Below, one piece after another: positions 1 through 9,459 of a stretch of DNA of 64,000 nt. The number at the start of each line of letters is the position of its first letter. Within the stretch, counting starts at the first letter, position 1. Location: IMG/VR virus record IMGVR_UViG_3300026549_000033, positions 131,222 to 195,221 of that record; one strand, 5' to 3'. Source of the DNA: a virus. Taxonomy: Duplodnaviria > Heunggongvirae > Uroviricota > Caudoviricetes. The position numbers were made by a program, and so were the translations under genes. The notes beneath the pieces are model-generated. The model was not told the DNA's origin. It saw nothing but the letters and a program-made list of their open reading frames with translations, and made no database searches.

Positions 1-91
1 CTCTTGTCATGTTAATTTTCTCCATTTCGTAAACTTGTATCTTTACTAAATCAAAATTTAATCAGAGAAATAAAAATGACCAAAAAGCAAT

Positions 92-119
92 AAAAAAGAG
101 GGTTATAGCCTCTTTTTTT
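92..119. terminator. Intrinsic (bidirectional-type) terminator
   Basis: AAAAAAGAGG-GTTATAG-CCTCTTTTTT perfect hairpin with A/T tails, downstream of 157..939. Confidence 0.7.
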
Positions 120-156
120 AGCATCTATATAAGCGTGCTCATTATAAAATTATAAT

Positions 157-939
157 TTAATAATCTATTCCCTCTTCGGTTATAGTAATTATATCACGAG
201 GTGTTTTCCCTAAAACGTCTACTTCCAAAATAATTTTTTCTAAGAGCTTTAAAGAAGTTCCCGGTGTTTGCACAATCCAATAAACCAAATCAAACTGATA
301 AGCTTGTGTACACAGGCTTCCCTTATGCTCTGTATCAAGTTTATCTAAATCTACCTCTCTTATATTAGCTGCCCTGCCTACTACTTCTTCATAAAGCTCG
401 TAACCCCCATTATTTACGTCTCCGAATGTAATAACATGGTCGTAATGATAATTTATAAACCTATCAAAATACATAGCCATTTTTTCAGTAGTATTATAGA
501 GCTTGTCCATGTCATTAGAAATTACTACCATATTGACAGGAACTGAGACCATTCTTGTTAAAAACTGTGTAGGCATCCCATTTACATAACGGGTCTCTTT
601 ATAAACGTGCGAAAGAATATTTGTTAAAGTTCTAACCTGCTTAGTACTGAACATTATAGTAGCCCACGGTTTAGAAGTCTTCTCAAAAGGAGCTGCTGCT
701 AATCTCTGATGAAATCTAAAATCAAAAGAAAGTGCAGGGTCATACAAGTACTTGTAAATACCATGACTTTGGTTATTTGGTTTGTTGTCCATGTATTCTC
801 TTGTACCCGCAGCAATTTCTTTCTGCCCCTGTAAATCTGAAGCAGTAAAAGTAGCAAACTTTACATGACACTTATCTTCAATTTCGTCAAAAAGTTGCCC
901 TATAGCATTTTTTATATAAGCATTTAATGGCTTAGCCAT
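157..939 (-). CDS. Hypothetical protein, possibly virion structural (tail completion-like)
   Basis: 260-aa ORF in a late operon; no recognisable catalytic motif. Confidence 0.45.
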   Translation of the reverse strand: MAKPLNAYIKNAIGQLFDEIEDKCHVKFATFTASDLQGQKEIAAGTREYMDNKPNNQSHGIYKYLYDPALSFDFRFHQRLAAAPFEKTSKPWATIMFSTKQVRTLTNILSHVYKETRYVNGMPTQFLTRMVSVPVNMVVISNDMDKLYNTTEKMAMYFDRFINYHYDHVITFGDVNNGGYELYEEVVGRAANIREVDLDKLDTEHKGSLCTQAYQFDLVYWIVQTPGTSLKLLEKIILEVDVLGKTPRDIITITEEGIDY

Positions 940-1991
940 GTTTCTTACACTTCCTTATAACTTCTTCGTTCTCAGCTTGTATATCTTTAACTTTCTTAAT
1001 GGCAGCAGGGTCCCCCCATTAACTCCATATTTGGAAGAACTCTTACAGCATTAAGAGAACCGTCCTGCATCATTTCTGCCATTTTATGTGCATTCCTATC
1101 CAAAACTTTTTCTTTTCTTTTCTGCTGAAAATCTATCAACTCCCCTTCAATAAGAGAAATTAAACTTTCAAAACATTCATTAGAAAAAACTTTTTCTAAT
1201 TTACTTCTATAGTGTTGGTCTATCATAGCATTGGCATGGTCCGAGGCAGCTTTTTGAGTTTCTTTTGCAGTTTGAGGTTTTCTATTTAGCAGTCTTTCCT
1301 TAAAATCTGCCAAAGCTTTTTCATGTCTCTTATTACGAGCCCCTACAAGATTAGTACTCTTACTAAATTTAGCGTCCGCATCTAAAGCATTCTTTGTAAG
1401 AGAGTTTATTTTATCCTCAGAAGACTCAGGGTCTCTTAAGGCTGCTGTAAGCTTTCTATCCGCGTCCAAAGAATTTTGTCTTCTTTTGTCGTAAACTGCC
1501 TGAACTGTCTCTGTATCAAGCTCATTAATAAATTCTTCTACTAAACTTAATATTTCTTCAAAGCACTCATTAGAAACCGCAAAAGACTTTTCTAATTTAT
1601 TTCTCAAATGTTGGTCTATCATAGCATTACCATGTTCAGACTCTGCCCTTTGAGTTTCTTTTGCAGTCTGAGGCTTCCTATTTAATAATCTTTCTTTGAA
1701 ATCTGCTAATTTCTTTTCAAGTCTTTTATCACGCTTAGCCCTAAGGTCTTGATTCTTCTGATATTTTTCTCGAGCAACTCTTCCGTCTTCTCTCGCCTGT
1801 TGTACCTCTTCAGCGTCATAATTTCCATTATTTTTACGAACTGCTTCTAAATACTTATCAATAGCCTTTCCTTCATTCTCTCTTCTCTTCTCCGCAGAGT
1901 TATTTACAGTCTCGTCGTCAAGCTCATTGATAAATTCTTCTACTAAACTTAATATTTCTTCATACATTTTTTCCATATTAACCATCCTCAT
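932..1991 (-). CDS. Putative internal head protein with internal duplication; +1 homopolymer frameshift near 1012-1017
   Basis: Three copies of (SNECF)EEILSLVEEFINE-type motif and duplicated LADFKERLLNRKPQTAKETQ block; removing one C from the C6 run extends the frame (MGDPAAIKKVK...KHG*) to an 8-nt overlap with the next start; start may be ATG at 1976. Confidence 0.6.
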
Positions 1992-2628
1992 CAGGTATAT
2001 TCATTGTAAAACCACTTTCCAAATCTTCCATTGTTGCTGCATTATCGCTCTTCGCAGACCCTAAGGCAGACCCTAATCCCATAGAACTTCCTTCCTCGTT
2101 CTTAGGTGAATAATCTTCCCCTTCAACTTTTGTCTCCTCCTGCTGCTCTATTTCACTGTCTTCGTCCTTTGCTAAAGGTGATAAATACATGCGAAGCAGC
2201 ATCATTCCATCAGCTCCTGTAACTACAAGTTTCTTATCTACAAAAAACTTACTTATAGACTGACCTTGATGAACCACTACCTTAGTAGCTATTGGTAATT
2301 CTCTTTTTTTAGAAGTTTCTATAAAAGGTCTGTCTATAGTATCCTCTGTAAAAAAGCTATCAAATTCTGCTTCAGAAGAATTCATGGCTTGCTTTGGAAT
2401 TAAAAAAGGAATGTAAAACTTTGTTTTTAAATCAGGTTCTTTGGCATAAGTGGGACTTTGGTGAGGTGTGAATATCTTCATATCCCTGTATTTAACCCTA
2501 TCCGTATAAGGTGGAAATATGGGGTAATAGACCTCGCACGGTAAAGCAAAAACTTCTTCATAAGATCTAGTAATCTTATTCGAAATTTTTACGTATCTCT
2601 TATTTACAGCATTTACCAAATCTTTCAT
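1978..2628 (-). CDS. Hypothetical late protein (possible head-completion/neck protein)
   Basis: 216-aa ORF directly preceded by the ATTAAATTTT late motif. Confidence 0.45.
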   Translation of the reverse strand: MKDLVNAVNKRYVKISNKITRSYEEVFALPCEVYYPIFPPYTDRVKYRDMKIFTPHQSPTYAKEPDLKTKFYIPFLIPKQAMNSSEAEFDSFFTEDTIDRPFIETSKKRELPIATKVVVHQGQSISKFFVDKKLVVTGADGMMLLRMYLSPLAKDEDSEIEQQEETKVEGEDYSPKNEEGSSMGLGSALGSAKSDNAATMEDLESGFTMNIPDEDG

Positions 2629-2646
2629 GCTATTAAAATTTAATCA

Positions 2647-2883
2647 CTATGTATAGAAGTTAGGCTCAATCTCATTATACAATATTGTACCTCTCCCGTC
2701 TAAGAAGCAATCCATTTTTCTATATTCCCGAGACCAGTCAAGAGTAGGAGCACACCGTAGTTTACGACAATCTATGAAAAACATGGATTTCCTGTCTCCT
2801 TTTATGTCAACAGCAACTCTCAGGACATGCCCTCCATAATGTCCACAGTAAGCTATTATCTTTCCTTCTTTTAACTTAAGCAT
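2647..2883 (-). CDS. Mini-gene array member H
   Basis: MLKLKEG... to ...LYNEIEPNFYT; 8-nt overlap with upstream gene. Confidence 0.7.
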   Translation of the reverse strand: MLKLKEGKIIAYCGHYGGHVLRVAVDIKGDRKSMFFIDCRKLRCAPTLDWSREYRKMDCFLDGRGTILYNEIEPNFYT

Positions 2884-3127
2884 ACCAAACTGGTTCCTCG
2901 TCTATGTAGTACAATGTATCATATTCACAAATACAACTTAATATTCTATCTTCACATGGAAGAATCCCATAAGTCGTTTCTCCGAATTTCTGGTACTTCT
3001 TTTTACACGAATACCCTTGAAGGTAGAATATGAAGATTTCTGCTTCCTCTAAGACAGTAAGCTTTGCCATGGAAGGCTCACGCGTGGATTCTATTACCAT
3101 TACTTTTCCTTTTCCAAATTTAAGCAT
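2876..3127 (-). CDS. Mini-gene array member G
   Basis: MLKFGKG... to ...LYYIDEEPVWYA. Confidence 0.7.
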   Translation of the reverse strand: MLKFGKGKVMVIESTREPSMAKLTVLEEAEIFIFYLQGYSCKKKYQKFGETTYGILPCEDRILSCICEYDTLYYIDEEPVWYA

Positions 3128-3328
3128 AGTAGCTTGGCTCCCTTCTCATCAAATATACTGCACTCTTATCTATTACACAATAAAATCACACCAACAGTGA
3201 TTCACTCTTTTATAGCACCTCATATCTGTTATAACAACATTTTCTATACCTAATTTACTTTTTATCACCCACACATTGCTTCCTTTAGTAAAAGACGCAA
3301 CTATTCTTCCTTCTTCAAATTTAAGCAT
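3120..3328 (-). pseudogene. Mini-gene array member F, 1-nt frameshift (not in ORF track)
   Basis: Begins MLKFEEGRIV and ends in another frame VYLMRREPSYYA*; span 209 nt, one base short of in-frame. Confidence 0.65.
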
Positions 3329-3557
3329 AGTAATTCGGTAAGTCCTCCTCCAAGTAAAAAGTATCTCCTATTTCTGCAAAGTTACCAATACCATAAAGCA
3401 TCTTAAGTGCAGCGGTATGCTTCCTAAATATCATAGTACCCTTATCTAAAAAATAATAGCATACTTTATTAGAAGTTTCCCATTCCTGTATAACAAAATG
3501 TGTACTGCTAAAATAAAACACTACTTCTTCCTTATTAAAAGTTTTAAACTCAAACAT
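3321..3557 (-). CDS. Mini-gene array member E
   Basis: True start MFEFKTF at 3557 (ATGTTTGA overlap, GAGGAG RBS); ends FYLEEDLPNYYA. Confidence 0.7.
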   Translation of the reverse strand: MFEFKTFNKEEVVFYFSSTHFVIQEWETSNKVCYYFLDKGTMIFRKHTAALKMLYGIGNFAEIGDTFYLEEDLPNYYA

Positions 3558-3768
3558 AAAATAATGGCTCCTCCTCTTCAAGGAAATATCTACCTGCATA
3601 CTCAAAGAATGTTCCTCTTGGGTGTCTGCGCCCCCTATCACTTTCATAAGAGAAAGTACCTTCTTTCATATATAAAAATATGTAATCTATGTTAGGTAGT
3701 CTCACTATATAAAAAGAAGGTGAGTGCTTCAATATGTCTTTATCGTCATATTCTTTAAACTCAAACAT
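3550..3768 (-). CDS. Mini-gene array member D
   Basis: MFEFKEY... to ...YFLEEEEPLFYV. Confidence 0.7.
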   Translation of the reverse strand: MFEFKEYDDKDILKHSPSFYIVRLPNIDYIFLYMKEGTFSYESDRGRRHPRGTFFEYAGRYFLEEEEPLFYV

Positions 3769-3982
3769 AAAATAATGGCTCCTTCCTCATTAAATATAAA
3801 GTAGAACCTTCTTTCAAGAAATTCCAAGGAGTCGTAGGAACCCCGGGAACTGTTATTAGTGGCCAACAAAGACCTTTAGCGTAATCAATATGGACATAAC
3901 CTTCATTTGTATATATGTCTTCAATTCTTTCTGAGAGTGCCCCCAATCTGTATAAATATGTAACTTCTTTAAATTCAAGCAT
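3761..3982 (-). CDS. Mini-gene array member C
   Basis: True start MLEFKEV at 3982; ends LYLMRKEPLFYV. Confidence 0.7.
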   Translation of the reverse strand: MLEFKEVTYLYRLGALSERIEDIYTNEGYVHIDYAKGLCWPLITVPGVPTTPWNFLKEGSTLYLMRKEPLFYV

Positions 3983-4253
3983 AATAATTAGCAAGCTCCT
4001 CTTCTAAGAATAATATACTACGTGCTCTTACAAAAGTTCCACGACTCGTATAGCTCTCAAAATAAAGTTCTCCGTGCATTAAGGTTATTGGAGCAGCATG
4101 CGCAAATCCTATAAAGCAACCTTTCTCAAGCTTATATGACTCTGAAGCAAGTCGGTAGTAGTCATTTTTTCCTACTCTAATTACGTCATTAAAATAGGAG
4201 CAATTATCCTTTTCTAAGTCTAAAATTTCTATTCTGTAAGGTTCTAATATCAC
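3975..4253 (-). CDS. Mini-gene array member B
   Basis: GTG start; ends LFLEEELANYYA. Confidence 0.7.
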   Translation of the reverse strand: MILEPYRIEILDLEKDNCSYFNDVIRVGKNDYYRLASESYKLEKGCFIGFAHAAPITLMHGELYFESYTSRGTFVRARSILFLEEELANYYA

Positions 4254-4263
4254 TTCTTATCTC

Positions 4264-4491
4264 CTACTTATAGAAAGAATAAAAACCTTTATCTTGCACA
4301 ATAACTTCTCGACCTATTATTTTAAAATAAAGAATTTGAGATAGACTGTAATGTATAGGAGGACCATCTATCTTTTTTAAGAATACCATATTTCCGTACT
4401 TTAAATTATTAGACATAAAATTAATTCCGGCACAATCAGGTCTTCCATAGTACTTATCTTTAAATTCTTCTATTCCTACTATATCAAACAT
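4264..4491 (-). CDS. First small gene of the mini-gene operon (leaderless)
   Basis: 75-aa ORF starting 6 nt after a sigma70 -10 box. Confidence 0.6.
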   Translation of the reverse strand: MFDIVGIEEFKDKYYGRPDCAGINFMSNNLKYGNMVFLKKIDGPPIHYSLSQILYFKIIGREVIVQDKGFYSFYK

Positions 4492-4497
4492 GCCTTA

Positions 4498-4526
4498 ATA
4501 ATAGCACATTTTCTAAAACTTGACAA
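4498..4526 (-). promoter_or_regulatory. Sigma70-type early promoter of the mini-gene array
   Basis: TTGTCA-17nt-TATTAT with extended TG, then 6 nt to ATG. Confidence 0.7.
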
Positions 4527-4667
4527 GGTTACGCAAAATCTCACATTTTACAATTTTTAAAAGTCCAATATATAAAATTCCATGTTTTTACATAGTCGGG
4601 ATTTCCGCAAAGGCAAGGCTCTATCCCATGGCAATTTTTACAAAACTTAATTATATCTTCGTCTTCT

Positions 4668-5231
4668 TTAATATCTTCTTGGCACATGCTCTCTCCAAAA
4701 TTCCTCTTCATAAACTCTATTTAAGTCTAACTCAAAAACTTTATGTGTCAATATATCTATATGCCACCCTACATTAAAAACTACGCCGGCCCTAATTTTA
4801 ACCCGTGCCCATAAAGGAACGTCTGCAGCTTCCATACATTCATATAATATATTATTCGTTTCTATTTTCCCAACTTTTCTCTTAGACAAAAACTCAGAAG
4901 GAACGTCTTCACACACCCACATATTATTTTTCCCTAAAAACCTTAAATAACCTTTATCCCTTAATTCTTTTTCAGTTAAATTCACTATAAGAGCTTCGTG
5001 AGTATAGCACCAAAGATCATGAATCGACGAACACCTAACGTCATAGTCAACAGGAGAACCTGCAATAGGAGCTACAAACCCTGGAATAGTATAAAAGTCT
5101 GTATACATATTTCTTGGGGCTAAATAAAGTTTACCACTATCAGATTTAAAAAGCTCATTATCCAATAGCTTCCACATTCTTTTTAAATCCGTCTGTTCTA
5201 CCCGAGCTTTACCTGTAAGAAATCTGCACAT
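4668..5231 (-). CDS. DUF1353-like protein
   Basis: YTDFYTIP...HDLWC resembles the TDFASIP...HDxLY signature. Confidence 0.55.
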   Translation of the reverse strand: MCRFLTGKARVEQTDLKRMWKLLDNELFKSDSGKLYLAPRNMYTDFYTIPGFVAPIAGSPVDYDVRCSSIHDLWCYTHEALIVNLTEKELRDKGYLRFLGKNNMWVCEDVPSEFLSKRKVGKIETNNILYECMEAADVPLWARVKIRAGVVFNVGWHIDILTHKVFELDLNRVYEEEFWREHVPRRY

Positions 5232-5264
5232 AACTTCAACTCCTATCTATAGGAGAATTTAATT

Positions 5265-5699
5265 CTATTCATTATCATCATGCAAACTTATAGGAGGCTC
5301 TATGTCTAACCGTTTGTGCAAGCTTTTCACAGACTGAGCTAAGATAGCGTATTTCTCTCTTAAGTGGTTAGCTTGGTCTTGCCTCATTTCCAGCCTTTTT
5401 ATATCTTCTCTTGTCTCATTGGAAGTTATAGCTATCATATCTTTAATATGTGATATCTCTCGATTCAAAGCGTCCCTTTGGTTTTCTTTATTAGTATCTA
5501 AAAGTTCCTTCATATCAGACATATTTTTAGTTATCATATCCTTCATATCTTTTTGGAACTCATACATCATATTTTTTATAACTTCTATATCTGCAGCATT
5601 TCTTTCAGCGTTACTCTTCATTTGCCCAAAAATAAATATACCACCTATAATTGCTACAATGAGGGTTGCCCCACCCTCTACAATTCCACCTGAAATCAT
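5265..5699 (-). CDS. Holin-like membrane protein (N-terminal TM plus coiled coil)
   Basis: GATLIVAIIGGIFIFG hydrophobic helix; near the endolysin; ATGA overlap puts start at 5699. Confidence 0.45.
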   Translation of the reverse strand: MISGGIVEGGATLIVAIIGGIFIFGQMKSNAERNAADIEVIKNMMYEFQKDMKDMITKNMSDMKELLDTNKENQRDALNREISHIKDMIAITSNETREDIKRLEMRQDQANHLREKYAILAQSVKSLHKRLDIEPPISLHDDNE

Positions 5700-6106
5700 T
5701 TTATCTTCCTTCCTGCAAAAAACTTCCAAATACCTAACAAAACTAAGAAAGCTCTTTTAATGCAGTTGCAAGTAGAATGTTCTTTAATTAAAGCAAAATA
5801 CATTTCAAAAATTAGCTCTCTAAAATCTTCTTTAGAAAGTCCCCATTTCTTTCTTACATTGTCCCCTTGTTCCCCTAATAAGTAATCTGTAATAATAATA
5901 TAACTTTTATAACTTTCTATTTCAAAATCTTTTGATACTACCAAAGGATATTCAACTTCCCCTGAGAGCTTTAATGTTAGCTCTTTTACTTTCCCATTTA
6001 CATAGGATAAAATATAAAAAACAGGATCATGCAGCACAGGAGTAAAAGGATTCCTGCTACCTACGTCTTCTATCTTTCTATAAAAATCTAAAACACTTAT
6101 TGTCAA
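5696..6106 (-). CDS. Hypothetical protein in lysis region
   Basis: 136-aa ORF with late motif upstream (6132-6141). Confidence 0.45.
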   Translation of the reverse strand: MTISVLDFYRKIEDVGSRNPFTPVLHDPVFYILSYVNGKVKELTLKLSGEVEYPLVVSKDFEIESYKSYIIITDYLLGEQGDNVRKKWGLSKEDFRELIFEMYFALIKEHSTCNCIKRAFLVLLGIWKFFAGRKIK

Positions 6107-6194
6107 TTTCAGGTTCCTTTCTTTACAAGCTATAATTTAATAAAAAGAAAGGGCCTCCCTTAAGAAGCCCTAAAATATAACCCGAACACAATCA

Positions 6195-6824
6195 TTAAAT
6201 TTCTTCGCAATAATTTAAGGAAAAATACTCTTTCCCGTTTTTACCCCATTTAGTACTACCGTTCGTTTCAATAGCCCAAACAGTAAGTACCTCTCCCTTT
6301 TTAGCTACCCTTATCTTATTAAAGTTTACTCCTGCCCCACTCCTTATATTCAGGTCACATGTAGTCTTCACGTTATAAGGAAGTACTTTACCTTCTGAAA
6401 TATTTAAATCTACAGGTTTAAAGAAAAGTTCTCTTTCAGCCCTTCTTCTTTTTGTTAACCCTGCAAGTACTTTTCCTCCTGCTTTATTATATAAAAGTAA
6501 TGCTTCTCCTATTTGTTTATTTGTACGATTTCTACAGAGACTTTGTAGAGACCCTAATCCACAATTATAAACAAAAGATACAAGAGCCGAAAATTCATTC
6601 TCATTAAAATTCCTGTGAAGAGAATTAACATAATTCTCATACTTTACTAAGTCTTTAACAAGCTGTTCGTCTGCCTGCTTTTGGGTCCATATAGTCCCGG
6701 CCTTAACCCCATAGTGTCCCCAACCTATAGTCCACAAAGTTTCTGTAGGAACAGGTTTATAGGCTTTGAGCCTACATCCCTCAAAGTTCTTCAATAAATG
6801 AATTCCTTCTTTATTTATATGCAA
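6195..6824 (-). CDS. Endolysin: GH24 phage lysozyme with C-terminal SH3b domain
   Basis: FEGCRLKAY...WTIGWGH, ALVSFVYNCG, GLTKRRRAERELF; SH3b LNIRSGAG...WGK. Confidence 0.9.
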   Translation of the reverse strand: MHINKEGIHLLKNFEGCRLKAYKPVPTETLWTIGWGHYGVKAGTIWTQKQADEQLVKDLVKYENYVNSLHRNFNENEFSALVSFVYNCGLGSLQSLCRNRTNKQIGEALLLYNKAGGKVLAGLTKRRRAERELFFKPVDLNISEGKVLPYNVKTTCDLNIRSGAGVNFNKIRVAKKGEVLTVWAIETNGSTKWGKNGKEYFSLNYCEEI

Positions 6825-6826
6825 AC

Positions 6827-7432
6827 CTATACTCCTAATCTTTTGCTTAACTTATCTAAAGTATCTTCAGCTACAAGTAAATTCTGAGCTTCATATTTCT
6901 TCACAGTATTAGCAACTTCTTCTCTATTTATAGGAGTCCACTCTGCCTTTTCCCTATCTACAGGCCTCTCCGCTTGTCCCTCATTTTTCTCTTTTTTAAA
7001 TTCTTCATTGACAGAAGATACCTTTCTTACTTGTAAGAAGAGCAATCCCAAACACTTATCCAAATGCTCAGAGATACTGTCTAATAAGGAACCTGCCCCT
7101 CTTGAAGGTGCCTCCTTTATTTCTTCTAAAGCTTTATTAGTCTTTTCAATAAGACCTCTTATTCGTTCAAAACTTACTTTATCGTCTTCAGCTATCTCAG
7201 GAATTAACGGAATAGCCATTTCTAAGTATTTTCCGCTTGCTAAAGGTAACTCCTCGGCAGCTAAAAATACATTTTCTTTTATCTCATCAATAAAATCATA
7301 AACATCGTCTTGAAGTAAATCTGCAAAAAGGTGCTTAGAATACGCCGCCGAACCTGAAACATTATAATGTATATCTTTTGCAAAATTAGCAATAGCCATA
7401 AGTAAAGCTATAATCTTATTAAATTTTTCCAT
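6827..7432 (-). CDS. Ferritin/Dps-like helical protein
   Basis: HYNVSGSAAYSKHLFAD...DEIKE resembles the Dps HWNV.G..F...H ferroxidase helix. Confidence 0.5.
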   Translation of the reverse strand: MEKFNKIIALLMAIANFAKDIHYNVSGSAAYSKHLFADLLQDDVYDFIDEIKENVFLAAEELPLASGKYLEMAIPLIPEIAEDDKVSFERIRGLIEKTNKALEEIKEAPSRGAGSLLDSISEHLDKCLGLLFLQVRKVSSVNEEFKKEKNEGQAERPVDREKAEWTPINREEVANTVKKYEAQNLLVAEDTLDKLSKRLGV

Positions 7433-7511
7433 GCTCTATTCTTCCTTCCACTTTCTATTAATAAAGTATCTACTTGAAAATTTAATAAAAAAGTGAGAAT
7501 AACACTAAGTC

Positions 7512-7797
7512 CTATTCATGAGAAGGAAGTTCTTTATGTTCGAAAAGGTAGTCCATATCTGCAGTGGTCTATTGCCTCTTAAAGAGTTGAATTGTTTTGT
7601 CGCAAGTATCATATTGTCGTCTGTATTTTTCCCACCTAAAGAGCGAGGTATACCGTGGTCTCCAGACAGATTTTTTGTGTTAACTTATTCCCGCCCATAT
7701 CTACTAAGTCCTTAGGTAATTTCCCTTGTCGGTAAAGTTTTTTTAATTTAAAATTATATCCTTCAAAACTAATATTATTAATATTTTTAATTTCCAT
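7512..7797 (-). pseudogene. HNH endonuclease remnant fused to the 3-prime end of a tail-fibre chaperone-like gene
   Basis: MEIKNINNISFEGYNFKLKKLYRQGKLP...[frameshift in A6]NLSGDHGIPRSLGGKN...FNSLRGNRPL, paralogous to 21272..21742; ends with ADMDYLFEHKELP-coding DNA matching 34208-34248. Confidence 0.7.
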
Positions 7798-7823
7798 TAT
7801 ATATCCCTAAATATATACTATGT

Positions 7824-8180
7824 TTATGCAAACATTTCATCAACATCTGCAATAGTTAAACCAAATTGTCCGCATAATTCATCCAATAGTGGATTTGCTC
7901 TATTAATTTCAGTTGCGTAATTTAATTCAGCCCAAACTCTATCATTAGAATTAATTAAGTTCTCTAGTTGTTCTCGTGATATTCCTTTTTCCATTAGTTT
8001 AAGAATAAACTCTCTTGGGGTCATTTTAGCGATAAGTTTTTTATAATATTCTTCTGTTATTTCAGACCAATTATCAGGACTCTCACCCTCTCTTAATAAA
8101 ACAGAATGAGTAAATTCCTTACCGTTTGTTAAAACCATTCCATGATTTGCCGTAAGTTTTGTTAAAGTTGTAGTTATCAT
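7824..8180 (-). CDS. Tail-fibre assembly/chaperone-like small protein
   Basis: Follows LRR adhesin; C-terminus similar to 21811..22347 and 34193..34462. Confidence 0.45.
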   Translation of the reverse strand: MITTTLTKLTANHGMVLTNGKEFTHSVLLREGESPDNWSEITEEYYKKLIAKMTPREFILKLMEKGISREQLENLINSNDRVWAELNYATEINRANPLLDELCGQFGLTIADVDEMFA

Positions 8181-8192
8181 ATTAAAATCTCC

Positions 8193-9455
8193 TTATAAGT
8201 CAAAATAAATTGTTACATTACCTGCGCCTCTACCCCAAGCTGTTGAATAGCCTGGGCTTGCTTCTATCGCAGCTTGATTAGCTGCTGCAAAGTGTAATTC
8301 AGTTAGAGATGAACAACCATAGAATACGTTTTTACAAGCATTTTGATTGGATGTGCTTGCACCTGTACCGTAAGTAATAGTATCAAGTTTAGGGAAATAT
8401 ATTTTTTGGATATAACTATTGCTACTAAATGTACCATAATTGTTGTTACTACCACCTGTACAATATATCTTTTCAAGATTTGGGAAAGTTATTGTTGTTA
8501 ATTTTGTACAACCATTAAAGCAACTTGAAAAATGCCCATAATTGGTGGATGATGAATCTGCTCCTATCGTTTGAAGATTATTGAAGTTTGCGCTTGTTAA
8601 ATTTGTGCATCTTTGAAATGCATTATTCATTGCGCTATTACCGCTTACAGTAGTTAGATTGCTTAAATCTACACTTTCTAAATTAGAACAGCCAGAAAAA
8701 GCGAAACCCATAGCATTATATCCACTGACAGTAGTTAATCCTCCTAAATCTACACTTGTTAAGCTCATACAACTACCAAAAACATAGTTCATAGCATTAC
8801 TCCCATTTACAGTAGATAGATTGCTTAAATCTACACTTGTTAAACCTGTTCTCGAAAAAGTATAACTCATAGCATTATTCCCATTTACAGTAGTTAGATT
8901 GCTTAAATCCACGTTAGTTAAATGTAAGCAACCATTAAATGTGGAGTCCATAGCATACTGCCCACTAACAGTAGTTAAACTACCAAAATCTACACTTGTT
9001 AAATTTGAGCAGCTATTGAAAGCAGAACTCATAGCATACTGCCCACTAACAGTAGTTAAACTACCAAAATCTACACTTGTTAAATTTGAGCAGTTATAAA
9101 ATGCACTATTTAAGGCATAACTTTTATCGATGGTAGTTATACTACTCAAATCTACACTAGTTACTCCACTACAAGCATAAAATGCATAACACATAGAACG
9201 TTCACCAAGTTTAGTTGCATTACTTGGTACGCTAAAAGTAAAATTACTTGCAGGTATTTGATAGACACCTCCTGATGATACTTCTCTTGCTATACCAATA
9301 TCAGAACCCCCACCACCACTAGAAATTGAATTTATACAAGTAGCTAAATTAGCACTATTTTGTGTTGAGGGCATTGTAGCACCTTTGCTACTACATGCTG
9401 TATAAGCATTTGCTATATTATTATTTATTCTCGTAATTTCACTTGCTATTGTCAT
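8193..9455 (-). CDS. Leucine-rich-repeat (BspA/LRR_5-like) adhesin / receptor-binding protein
   Basis: Tandem ~27-aa repeats LTSVDLSNLTTVSGxxAMxxxFxxC; fibre-like N-terminus MTIASEITRI. Confidence 0.75.
   Translation of the reverse strand: MTIASEITRINNNIANAYTACSSKGATMPSTQNSANLATCINSISSGGGGSDIGIAREVSSGGVYQIPASNFTFSVPSNATKLGERSMCYAFYACSGVTSVDLSSITTIDKSYALNSAFYNCSNLTSVDFGSLTTVSGQYAMSSAFNSCSNLTSVDFGSLTTVSGQYAMDSTFNGCLHLTNVDLSNLTTVNGNNAMSYTFSRTGLTSVDLSNLSTVNGSNAMNYVFGSCMSLTSVDLGGLTTVSGYNAMGFAFSGCSNLESVDLSNLTTVSGNSAMNNAFQRCTNLTSANFNNLQTIGADSSSTNYGHFSSCFNGCTKLTTITFPNLEKIYCTGGSNNNYGTFSSNSYIQKIYFPKLDTITYGTGASTSNQNACKNVFYGCSSLTELHFAAANQAAIEASPGYSTAWGRGAGNVTIYFDL
8949..9093. repeat. 64-bp exact direct repeat with 81-bp period inside the LRR gene
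   Basis: 8949-9012 identical to 9030-9093. Confidence 0.85.
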
Positions 9456-9459
9456 AATA

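Noticed and set aside
2647-4253. CRISPR array interpretation of the regularly spaced junction repeats
   Set aside because: Spacers are about 200-250 nt open reading frames, repeats are degenerate and coding, and no cas genes are present
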